Positions 20,567-28,396 of a DNA stretch of 64,000 bases are shown piece by piece (within the stretch, counting starts at the first letter, position 1; each line of letters opens with the position of its first letter). Both the position numbers and the translations under genes were made by a program. The notes below the pieces were generated by a model. That model was given only the letters and a program-made list of their open reading frames with translations, made no database searches and was not told the DNA's origin. The DNA comes from Spirochaetia bacterium (GTDB lineage: Bacteria > Spirochaetota > Spirochaetia > SZUA-6 > Bin103), in assembly GCA_965203055.1 (NCBI GenBank), contig OZ241863.1, positions 1,696,001-1,760,000 on the forward strand, read 5' to 3'.

Positions 20567-21703
20567 TCACGACCGCGCGATCGACGCTACTCGTGCCAGA
20601 AATTGGTCGCCGGCGCCGGACTGCACCAGCCAGTCGCCGATGTCGGCCAGTTGATCCGCTTCCCCGATGTCCGCCATCAGAGCCGCCGCACGCTCGCCGG
20701 TTTCCGCGCCGAACCGCAGCGCTGCCATACGGCGCAACAGCGTTCGCTCGTGTTCAAGTCCCTGCTCGCGGCCTTGCTCGCGGCCTTGTTCGCGGCCCTG
20801 CTCAAGACCTTGCTCGCGGCCTTGCGCAAGTCCTTGCTCAAGACCTTCTTCGCGGCCCTGCGCAAGTCCCTGCGCAAGGCCTTGCTCGCGGCCTTCCCGC
20901 ATCCACTGCGCCGGCCACTCCTTCACTCGATCTTCCAGCGTCATCCGTACCTCCTCCAGGTTCTTCATCTCCGGCAGCTTCTCCCCCTTCCGCTTGATCC
21001 GCTCCATCGAACTCCGCAGCCAGTCCTCGAACACCCGTCGCAACTCCTCGTGCTCCGACCCCGCCAGCCACTCCGCCAGCGCGTTCGCTACCCGCAACAA
21101 GTCCTCCGGCGACTGACTCTGCTCCAGCCCCACCACCGCCCGCATCAGATTCCCGCGCGGCACCGAGTCCGCCCCCACCCGCTGCTCGTCCACTACGAAG
21201 TAGCGCTGCGCCGGCTGGTAGGCCGCCAACCACTGCCCCACCGGCGCGATCAACTCGCCCACCTCCTGCGGCGCGCCCCACGGGTCCGTGCCGTTGTAGA
21301 GCACTACGGGCAGCACCGCCGGCAAGCGGCGCGCCTCCTGCCCTTCCTGTCCGTCCCGCCTCTTCCGACTCTCGTTGCGCAACCACTCCTGGTACATCAG
21401 GCTGACGTAGACCAGGATGCGCAGCGCCATGTAGTAGTCATCGCGCGACTGGAACTCCAGCAGCACCAGCAGATAGGCCCACTCGTCTCCCACCCGCAGC
21501 CGCCATACGGCGTCCCCGTGGCGCTTCAGCAACTCGTCGCTGACGTACTCTGCCGACAGCTTCTGCAGCGTCGAGAAGTCAACGGTAGCGAGCTGCTCGC
21601 CGCCGAAGAAGGCGCGCACGAGGTCTTCGACCATGCGCGGGAAGGCGAACAGCATCTTGTACCGCTCGTCGTAGCGGGGGCGGGACTCGCGTCCGGGGCT
21701 CAT
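20567..21703 (-). CDS. Rpn/YhgA-like nuclease, copy C
   Basis: Near-identical to A and B with several substitutions (FFGG, SQSP, TGER); 11 repeats. Confidence 0.9.
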   Translation of the reverse strand: MSPGRESRPRYDERYKMLFAFPRMVEDLVRAFFGGEQLATVDFSTLQKLSAEYVSDELLKRHGDAVWRLRVGDEWAYLLVLLEFQSRDDYYMALRILVYVSLMYQEWLRNESRKRRDGQEGQEARRLPAVLPVVLYNGTDPWGAPQEVGELIAPVGQWLAAYQPAQRYFVVDEQRVGADSVPRGNLMRAVVGLEQSQSPEDLLRVANALAEWLAGSEHEELRRVFEDWLRSSMERIKRKGEKLPEMKNLEEVRMTLEDRVKEWPAQWMREGREQGLAQGLAQGREEGLEQGLAQGREQGLEQGREQGREQGREQGLEHERTLLRRMAALRFGAETGERAAALMADIGEADQLADIGDWLVQSGAGDQFLARVASIARS

Positions 21704-21739
21704 TACCGCATCGTAGCAGTATGATCCGACGAGCGGCAA

Positions 21740-23827
21740 TCAAGAGAAGACGCGCAACGCTTTGAAGTTCCGGCGAATCTTGGCCGCCAGCGTCACCGAT
21801 TCGGCGTCGAGGTCGTCGAGCTCCGCGTGGATGTTCCGCAGCGTCTGCGCGAAGTCGAAGTCCTCTTCCTCGTCGTCGGGCGCGATGCCGACGTAGCGGC
21901 CGGGGGTGAGGCTCCAGTCGTTGGCCGCGATCTCGGCGCGGTCCACCAGCTTGACCAGCCCCGCCACGTCGCGCAGCTCGGCGTCGGGGAAGCGCTCGGC
22001 GAGCCACTGCGCTTGCCGCCACAGGTAGCGCACGCGCTCCAGCCGCGCCACTGCGTTCCGGCGCGCCTCGTCCGCTGCTCTGCGGGCGCGGGTCACGGCG
22101 CGGTTGTTCCAGGCGGCGCTCGATCCGGCGTCGCGCCGCTGCTCGCAGGTCTCGATCAGCCGGGTGGCGAGGGAATGGAGGCGGTCCGCCTGCCGCGCCA
22201 AGCCGCCGGCCGCGGCGGCCAACGGGGCAAGGCGGTCGACCGGCTGCCGGACCGCCGCTTGGGCCGGCGGCTCGCAGTTTCGCATCCGGTCTGCTGCGGC
22301 CGCCGCGGTCCCGAAAGCGTCCACCTCGCGCTCGAAGGCGGCGCGCGCCGCGTCCAGTTCGCCAAGCGGACCGGTTGGGCTGCGGTCCGCGCCAAGGGTC
22401 CGCAGAACGGGCGCCAGCGCGGCCTGCAGCTCCTCCAGCGCGCCGAGGAAGTCGGCGGCCGCGCCCCGGCAGGCGGCCCCTGCGCGCACCGCGCGGCGGC
22501 AATAATCGGCGACCAGGTCCCGGAACCGATCGGTCTGCTCCCGGTAGAGATGGACGATGGCGAGCAGGTTCCGCATCTGCTCCGGGCTGAAGTCGTAGAT
22601 CTTGCGGGTCACCTTGCGGAAGATGGCGCGCGCGTCGATCATCAGCACCTTGCCGCGGCGGCGCTCCGGCTTGGCGCGGTTCAGGAACCACAGCTCGCAC
22701 GGCACGGTCCGGGTGTAGAAGAAGTTGGAGCGGATGGCGATCATGACCTCCACGTCGCCGGTCTCCACCAGCTTGCGGCGCACCGCGGCTTCGGCGCCGC
22801 CGGCGCTCGATGCCTGCGACGACATCACGAAGCCGGCCCTGCCGTTCCGGTTCAGGTAGCTGTGGAAGTAGCTGATCCAGACGTAGTTGCCGTTGCTGAC
22901 GCGCGCCCGCCGGTTGACGCCGGGCAGGCCGAACGGCAGGCGCGGATCGGCCTTGACCTTCTCGGCGTCGATTTCGTCCACGTTGAACGGCGGATTGGCC
23001 ATCACGTAGTCGGCCTTGCCCACCAGCTCGTGCGGGTCCTCGTAATAGGTGATCGCCTGCCGTATGTCCCCCTCCAGGCCGTGGACCGCGAGGTTCATCC
23101 GCGCCAGGCGGATGGTGGCGGCGTTCTTCTCCAGCCCGCGGAAGGTGAGCCGCTCGGTCGGGCTGCGGCCCTGTTCCCGCACCGTGCGCGCGCTCTGGAC
23201 GAACATGCCGCCGGAGCCGCAGGCGGGATCGAGGACGGCGCCGCGCTCGGGATCGAGCACGTGGGCGATCAGCGAGACCAGTGAGGAGGGCGTGAAGAAC
23301 TCGCCGCCGTCATGCGCCTTCTGATCGGCGAACTGGGTGAGGAAGTACTCGTAGATGCGCCCGAAGACATCGCCCGATACCCGCTTCAGCTCGTCGGGGT
23401 CGAGGGTGCGCAGGAGCTGGCCGAGGACCTCGTTATCCAGCTCGTGATACTCGCTCTTCGGCAACATGCCGCGCAGGCTCTCGTAGTCGGCTTCGATCGA
23501 CTCCATGGCGGCGATGATCGCCGCGGCGCGGTCGAGGCCGTCGGGCAGCGCGACCAGGTGGTCGAACCGCGCCTGTGGGCGCAGGAAGATGGCGTCCCGC
23601 TGCGAGAAGTCCTGCTTGGCAAGCGGCCGCGCCCGGCCGCCGCGGGTGGGCCGGCCGGCGGCGGCTTCCTCCGCCACCGCCAGGTAGCGGCGGTAGGCGT
23701 GGCGCAGGAAGACCAAGCCCATCACCGGCAGGAAGTATTCGTTGCTGGCGTAGTTGGAGTTGGCGCGCAGCGTGTCGGCCGCGCTCCAGAGGCGCCGCTC
23801 GATGGCGTCGACGTATTCGAGCTGCAT
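21740..23827 (-). CDS. hsdM: Type I RM N6-adenine methyltransferase
   Basis: LWSAADTLRAN, DVFGRIYEYFL, GEFFTP, DPACGSGGMF (motif I), ANPPFN (motif IV), WSLTPGRYVG. Confidence 0.93.
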   Translation of the reverse strand: MQLEYVDAIERRLWSAADTLRANSNYASNEYFLPVMGLVFLRHAYRRYLAVAEEAAAGRPTRGGRARPLAKQDFSQRDAIFLRPQARFDHLVALPDGLDRAAAIIAAMESIEADYESLRGMLPKSEYHELDNEVLGQLLRTLDPDELKRVSGDVFGRIYEYFLTQFADQKAHDGGEFFTPSSLVSLIAHVLDPERGAVLDPACGSGGMFVQSARTVREQGRSPTERLTFRGLEKNAATIRLARMNLAVHGLEGDIRQAITYYEDPHELVGKADYVMANPPFNVDEIDAEKVKADPRLPFGLPGVNRRARVSNGNYVWISYFHSYLNRNGRAGFVMSSQASSAGGAEAAVRRKLVETGDVEVMIAIRSNFFYTRTVPCELWFLNRAKPERRRGKVLMIDARAIFRKVTRKIYDFSPEQMRNLLAIVHLYREQTDRFRDLVADYCRRAVRAGAACRGAAADFLGALEELQAALAPVLRTLGADRSPTGPLGELDAARAAFEREVDAFGTAAAAADRMRNCEPPAQAAVRQPVDRLAPLAAAAGGLARQADRLHSLATRLIETCEQRRDAGSSAAWNNRAVTRARRAADEARRNAVARLERVRYLWRQAQWLAERFPDAELRDVAGLVKLVDRAEIAANDWSLTPGRYVGIAPDDEEEDFDFAQTLRNIHAELDDLDAESVTLAAKIRRNFKALRVFS

Positions 23828-23930
23828 GTCGTGCGCAACGACCGCTGCGGTCCGGGCGCGATGCGGGCGCCGGCCCCCGCGCCGGCGCCCGGCCCTTCGA
23901 CCCGGATCTACCGGAGGTCGATTCCGCGGC

Positions 23931-25247
23931 TCAGACGCCCGCCGGCGGGGCGGCGGTCGCGATTCCCTGCTCGACCAGCAGCTTGAGGAAGTCGTCGGCC
24001 AGGTCGGCCGCGGCCCCCTCGGGCAACGCCTCCCGGAACGCGCCGGCGCGCACCGGCGCGCCGCGCAGCAGGGTAGCCAGCAGCTCCATGCAGCGGCCGT
24101 CGAACGTCCAGCGGTAGCCGTTCGCCTGCAGCACCGCTTCGCCGCCGGCGCCCCGTTCCAGCGCCGCGTGCCGGGCGCCGCGCAGCCGGATCTCGCAGCG
24201 TTCCCAGTCGGGGGACTTCCACGGATCGAGATAGGGGCCGAGGCCCGGGCGCGACCGTTCCGACCAGGTAGCGCGCATGTGGTCGTCGAATCCCCGTTTC
24301 AGGTCTCCGTCCAGTTCCCTGAGGAGCAGCTCCCGGAGCGCCGCGTAGTGGGCGCCGCCGGAGCGGTCCGTCGGGTGGGGAAGATCGCGGCGGAAGGTCT
24401 CGTGGCGGGCGAGCCGGCCGGAAAGCCATTCCATGAATTCGATACCGGTGACCGCGTTGATGCTGCAGGTGAGGTGCACGCTGCCGGCGCCGTCGGAACC
24501 GTCGTCAGCCTCGGCGCGGGCGTCGTGCCACCAGCCGCGCGGGAGGTAGAGGACGTCGCCGGCCCTGAGCATCCCGTTCCACACCGGCTCGCCGGGCGGC
24601 GTCGCGGGCGGTTCCGCATCCCGCGTCAGCGGAAAGCGCCGCGTTTCGCCGTAGATCTGCCAGCGCTTGGTGCCGGCCACCTGCAAGATGAACACGTCGT
24701 GGTCGTCCCAGTGGGTTGCAAAGCCGGGGGAGGCCATCCACGACGCGTAGAGGTTGATCATCGCGTAGCCGCCCAGGGACTCCTCGATCGCGTCGGCCAC
24801 GGCACGAATCGGAGGATGGAGCTCGTGGATGCCGGGCAGGACGACGGAGGCGCCCTGGCGGAGCATCGCCTGCAGTCGCCGGCCATCGAGCACGCTCGAA
24901 TTCGCCGGTGAGGCGCCCATTCTCCAGCCGAGACCGAACATCGGCCTGGTGTAGGCGATGGAGGGGACGTTCCTGCCCTCCTTGACCAATTTCATCCGGA
25001 CGTACCAGGCGTCCGAGCACAGCAGTTCGTTGAGCTGCTCCCAGGAGCACAGGGACGCGAACCGAGGCGCCTCCGCCCGAAACAGGACCGGGCGCTTCTC
25101 CCGGTAGCGGGTATCGAGGAACTCCTGCGTGGTCAGCGGCCGGACGAGGCCGGCGAACTCGGCCGGATCGTGGCGCTCCGCGCCGGCGGGGAGCACCTCG
25201 ACCGCCGCGGCGGCCGCTGGCGGAACGCGCTCGCCGCGTTCACTCAT
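23931..25247 (-). CDS. JmjC/cupin_4 Fe(II)/2OG oxygenase (YcfD/NO66-like), candidate RiPP tailoring enzyme
   Basis: NLYAS..PGFATHWDDHDVFILQVAGTKRW and GDVLYLPRGWWH (HxD...H); wHTH-like C-terminus. Confidence 0.88.
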   Translation of the reverse strand: MSERGERVPPAAAAAVEVLPAGAERHDPAEFAGLVRPLTTQEFLDTRYREKRPVLFRAEAPRFASLCSWEQLNELLCSDAWYVRMKLVKEGRNVPSIAYTRPMFGLGWRMGASPANSSVLDGRRLQAMLRQGASVVLPGIHELHPPIRAVADAIEESLGGYAMINLYASWMASPGFATHWDDHDVFILQVAGTKRWQIYGETRRFPLTRDAEPPATPPGEPVWNGMLRAGDVLYLPRGWWHDARAEADDGSDGAGSVHLTCSINAVTGIEFMEWLSGRLARHETFRRDLPHPTDRSGGAHYAALRELLLRELDGDLKRGFDDHMRATWSERSRPGLGPYLDPWKSPDWERCEIRLRGARHAALERGAGGEAVLQANGYRWTFDGRCMELLATLLRGAPVRAGAFREALPEGAAADLADDFLKLLVEQGIATAAPPAGV

Positions 25248-25458
25248 CGCGTTCCCCTTCGGCGCGCGCGGCCGGCGCGCGGTCCGGTTGCTTCGCCGCG
25301 GTGTCGGGTATGATTTCGATGCTGATGTGCGGAACCGCGCCGCCGGAACTGGCGGCAGGCCGGATCCTGCTCAGGTAGTCGGCCTCCTGCTTGAAGGCAT
25401 AGTGGAAGGCCAGGCACACCACCGGCGCCTCGCCGTGCAAAAGCTTACGAGCGTCCAT
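25240..25458 (-). CDS. Small hypothetical protein (72 aa) overlapping the JmjC start
   Basis: MDARKLLHGEAPVVCLAFHYAFKQEADY...GERDE; stop overlaps the JmjC start (ATGAGTGA). Confidence 0.4.
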   Translation of the reverse strand: MDARKLLHGEAPVVCLAFHYAFKQEADYLSRIRPAASSGGAVPHISIEIIPDTAAKQPDRAPAARAEGERDE

Positions 25459-25651
25459 GACGCAGGGTAGTATACCGAACCGGGCCGAGGTCCGCATGCG
25501 CCGCCACACGCACCACACGCACCACGGCGATGCCGGATAATCCAACTTGATGGCCGTTCGCTTGACCCGCGGCCAACGATAGCCCAATACTCTGATCGAC
25601 GGCGCCTGCCGCCGAGCGCAGGCGCAGAGACTCGACGAGGAGGTGGAAGTC

Positions 25652-26014
25652 GTGGATACCGGACCCAAGACGATGGGTGAACTTCGCGAGCACTTGATCG
25701 AGAAGGCGACCATCGATGAGAAGTTCCGCGCGCAGTTCATCGCGGATCCAAAGGCTGCCATCAAGGAGGAGTTGGGGGTGGCGCTGCCCGACGGCTACAC
25801 CATCGAGGTGCATGAGGACGCCGCCGACGTCAGCCACATGGTGCTGCCGCCGCCGGCGGCGCTCGCCGAGTCGGAGCTGGCGGCGGCGGCCGGCGGGTCC
25901 GTCAAAGCATGGAATGCCGTAGATCGCACCTATGTCAGCATCGACAACGTGATCTCCTTCTGGGACGACTACGGCGGCACGACCTATCACGGCGGCCCGA
26001 GGCACAACGCCTGA
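25652..26014 (+). CDS. NHLP (nitrile-hydratase-like leader) RiPP precursor 1
   Basis: GAGGAGGT RBS 7 nt before GTG 25652; LIEKATIDEKFRAQFIADPKAAI..ELGV.LP...IEVHED....HMVLP...LAESELAAAAGG then a 38-aa core. Confidence 0.9.
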   Translation: MDTGPKTMGELREHLIEKATIDEKFRAQFIADPKAAIKEELGVALPDGYTIEVHEDAADVSHMVLPPPAALAESELAAAAGGSVKAWNAVDRTYVSIDNVISFWDDYGGTTYHGGPRHNA

Positions 26015-26027
26015 CTGACGGGCGGGG

Positions 26028-27164
26028 ATGGTTCCCCGCCCGCCGGCAGCGGCGGGTAATCGAGCAGTGCCGTTGTCAGACCGCCAGTACCCAATACCCG
26101 CCGGCGCCAGCTTTGCCGCGGTCCTCGCCGGATGCCGCTCCCTGTTTCCGCCCGCGCTGCTCGGCGCGGCCGGTTGGGAGCGCCTCCTGGAGCAGGCGCG
26201 GCGGCTGCCCCGTTGCGTGGCAGACCATCACTTCGGCTTCGAGTTCCGTCTCGGCGAGTCGAGCCCGGCCGCCGACCTCGGCGTAGTCGTGCTCCCGGCA
26301 TCGGAGCTGGCGCGTCACTACGTCCGCGAGGGGGCGCGCGCCGAACCGGGGTCGCCGGCCGCCGCGCTCGCGGCCGGGCTGCGGGAACAGACCGAGAATC
26401 CCGATTCGTACCTTGCCCGCGGCGTGGCCGGGATGGTGTTGGAATACGATCTGGCCAAGGTCGAACCGGACCGTCCGCCGCCGGCCCCCGGGATATTCTT
26501 CACCCCGCGGCACTCGGCCCCGGGGGCGCGGCCGGAGTTTCATGAACATGGCGATCCCGCCGGCCTGCTTGCGGCGCTTGCCGTGACCGCCGGCTGGAGC
26601 AGTTACGAAGATGAGGTCCCGCGCGTCGAGCGCATCCTGGAGTCGCTGCCGGACAGCGGCTATCTGCTACAGGCGGGAGCCCTCCCGGGGCGCTCTCCGA
26701 AGGCGTTTCGGCTGGTCATCAAGGGCGTGGCGAAAGACGCGATTCCCGCGCTGCTGGAGCGTATCGAGTGGCCCGGCCCGACAGCCGAGGCGGCGGACGT
26801 GCTCGCCGCGCTGGACGACCTGGTCGCCTACGCCGCGGTCAGCCTCGACGTGACCCCGCGCGGCGTGGGCCCGCGGCTCGGTCTGGAACTATACCGCCCG
26901 CCGAAGTGGTTCGCGGTCGATCGCACCGGGTGGCACCCCTTCATCGCCCGAATCGAGGAGCGCGGCTGGTGCTTGCCGGCCAAGGCTGACGGACTGCGAA
27001 GCTGGCCCGGCGCCGAACGGCTGCTCGCCGACCGGGAGGTGCGCGCCGTTCGCCGGGGCATCAACCACGTGAAGGTCGTCATAGCCCCGGATACCCCGAC
27101 GGCGGCGAAAGCATACGCCGGCATGGACGTCCATCCGTACGGATCAACGCCGGCGCTACGATAA
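26028..27164 (+). CDS. Hypothetical enzyme, possibly ABBA/PT-barrel prenyltransferase-like RiPP maturase
   Basis: 13 nt downstream of precursor 1; FGFEFRL..PAADL, VLEYDL, PGIFF, GPRLGLE, INHVKVV..AKAY; the fold assignment is inference. Confidence 0.5.
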   Translation: MVPRPPAAAGNRAVPLSDRQYPIPAGASFAAVLAGCRSLFPPALLGAAGWERLLEQARRLPRCVADHHFGFEFRLGESSPAADLGVVVLPASELARHYVREGARAEPGSPAAALAAGLREQTENPDSYLARGVAGMVLEYDLAKVEPDRPPPAPGIFFTPRHSAPGARPEFHEHGDPAGLLAALAVTAGWSSYEDEVPRVERILESLPDSGYLLQAGALPGRSPKAFRLVIKGVAKDAIPALLERIEWPGPTAEAADVLAALDDLVAYAAVSLDVTPRGVGPRLGLELYRPPKWFAVDRTGWHPFIARIEERGWCLPAKADGLRSWPGAERLLADREVRAVRRGINHVKVVIAPDTPTAAKAYAGMDVHPYGSTPALR

Positions 27165-27275
27165 CGCCGCGCCGGCGAAGCGCTTCCCGATCAGGAGCCC
27201 CGGTGCTGTTGTTTACCCATGCACAGCCGCAGGGATCGGAAATCGTCCCTGCGGCTGCAACGGAACGTCAGCCGG

Positions 27276-27635
27276 TCAGTCGGCGTTATGCCGCGGGCCG
27301 CCGTGATAGGTCGGGCCGCCGACGTCGTCCCAGAAGGTAAACAGATTGTCGGTGCCCACGTAGTTGCTGCCATTCCACCGGTAGATGGCCCCGCCGGACG
27401 CGGTCTCCAGCTCCGACTCGGCGAGCGACGCCGGCGGCGCCAGTACCAGGTTGGCGGTGTCCGGCGAGTCCTCATGCACCTTGATGGTGAAGTTCGGGGG
27501 GACCGCCATCTCCAACTCGTCCTTGATGGCAGTCTTCGGATCGGAGATCAGCTGAGCCCGAAACTCCGGGTCGGACGTAGCCTTCTCCACCAAGCGCGAC
27601 CGCATTTCCCGAACGGTCAGGGTTGCTTCGCTCAT
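27276..27635 (-). CDS. NHLP RiPP precursor 2
   Basis: GGAGGGAAGG RBS; LVEKATSDPEFRAQLISDPK...LAESELETASGG then a 37-aa core homologous to precursor 1. Confidence 0.9.
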   Translation of the reverse strand: MSEATLTVREMRSRLVEKATSDPEFRAQLISDPKTAIKDELEMAVPPNFTIKVHEDSPDTANLVLAPPASLAESELETASGGAIYRWNGSNYVGTDNLFTFWDDVGGPTYHGGPRHNAD

Positions 27636-27667
27636 TACCTTCCCTCCATAAGTAAGTGTTCAAATGG

Positions 27668-27697
27668 AGAGTATCGGCTACCGGCGACAGGTGTCAA
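27668..27697 (-). promoter_or_regulatory. Putative sigma70 promoter for precursor 2
   Basis: Minus strand TTGACA-cctgtcgccggtagccga-TACTCT, about 32 nt upstream of the ATG. Confidence 0.5.
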
Positions 27698-27991
27698 CCG
27701 AGACGTACCTGACCTGGCGCAGAAAATCACTTATCCGGTATTTCAGTGGCCGCTCGCCCACCGGCCCGCGCCCCCCGGCGGGCCGCCGGCCGGTTTCCCG
27801 GTGCCCTTCCGGACCGCCCTTGGTATTCCCTATCGAATTACCTGTAAATCAATTACGCGGTAATCGTCGAGGTCCCGCCAGCCCTGCTGCGCACGTCAAC
27901 CCCTCCCGCAGCCAGCCAGTCTCAGGCAGTCCGGCGGTGGCGGGTGGCGCCGTCGGGGATCGAGATCGTCCCCGCGGCTGCGGAACGCCGG

Positions 27992-28324
27992 TCAGTCAGC
28001 GTTATGCTGCGGGCCGCCGATATAGGTCGGACCGCCGACATCGTCCCAGAAGGTAAACGCCTCGTCGATGCCCGCGTTGCCATATGCGGCATTCCACTTG
28101 TAGACGGCCCCGCCGGACGCGGTCTCCAGATCCGACTCGGCGAGCGACGCCGGCGGCGCCAGTACCAGGTTGGCGGTGTTCCGCGAGTCCTCATGCACCT
28201 TGATGGTGAAGTTCGGGGGGATCGCCATCTCCAACTCGTCCTTGATGGCAGCCTTCGGATCGGAGATCAGCTAAGCCCGAAACTCCGGGTCGGACGTAGC
28301 CTTCTCCACCAGGCGCGACCGCAT
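27992..28324 (-). pseudogene. NHLP RiPP precursor 3 with an in-frame amber stop and a lost 5' end
   Basis: Near-identical leader to precursor 2 but CAG>TAG at 28271-28273; homology stops at about 28327, so the first codons and RBS are missing; 38-aa core is intact. Confidence 0.82.
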
Positions 28325-28396
28325 TTCGGGCGCAGCCGGCTGCGCGCACGGCTTCGGGCAGCGCCCGGCAGCGCCGATCTCTTCGGGTGTGTGTCG

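Larger units (their letters stand above)
17757..21753. repeat. Three near-identical direct repeats (about 17757-19155, 19168-20414, 20427-21753), each carrying an rpn gene
   Basis: Each unit starts tcatgaccggcgcc and ends gagaagacgc; units are joined by agatgctggttc; length differences are mostly the 12-bp VNTR. Confidence 0.92.

Noticed and set aside
17897..21703. rpn copies as IS transposases
   Set aside because: No terminal inverted repeats or target duplications seen; the Transposase_31 family is a PD-(D/E)XK nuclease family rather than a demonstrated IS transposase.
25652..27635. Precursors as nitrile hydratase alpha subunits
   Set aside because: They lack the CxxCSC metal-binding motif, end in a GG leader motif, and have no beta subunit gene nearby.
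28271..28273. Amber codon as pyrrolysine or programmed readthrough
   Set aside because: It replaces a Gln codon by a single C>T change, the gene also lost its 5' end, TAG is an ordinary stop elsewhere in the window, and no pyl genes are seen.
27276..28324. Precursor 2/3 pair as a DGR template and variable repeat
   Set aside because: No reverse transcriptase in the window, and the differences include indels and are not evidently adenine-restricted.
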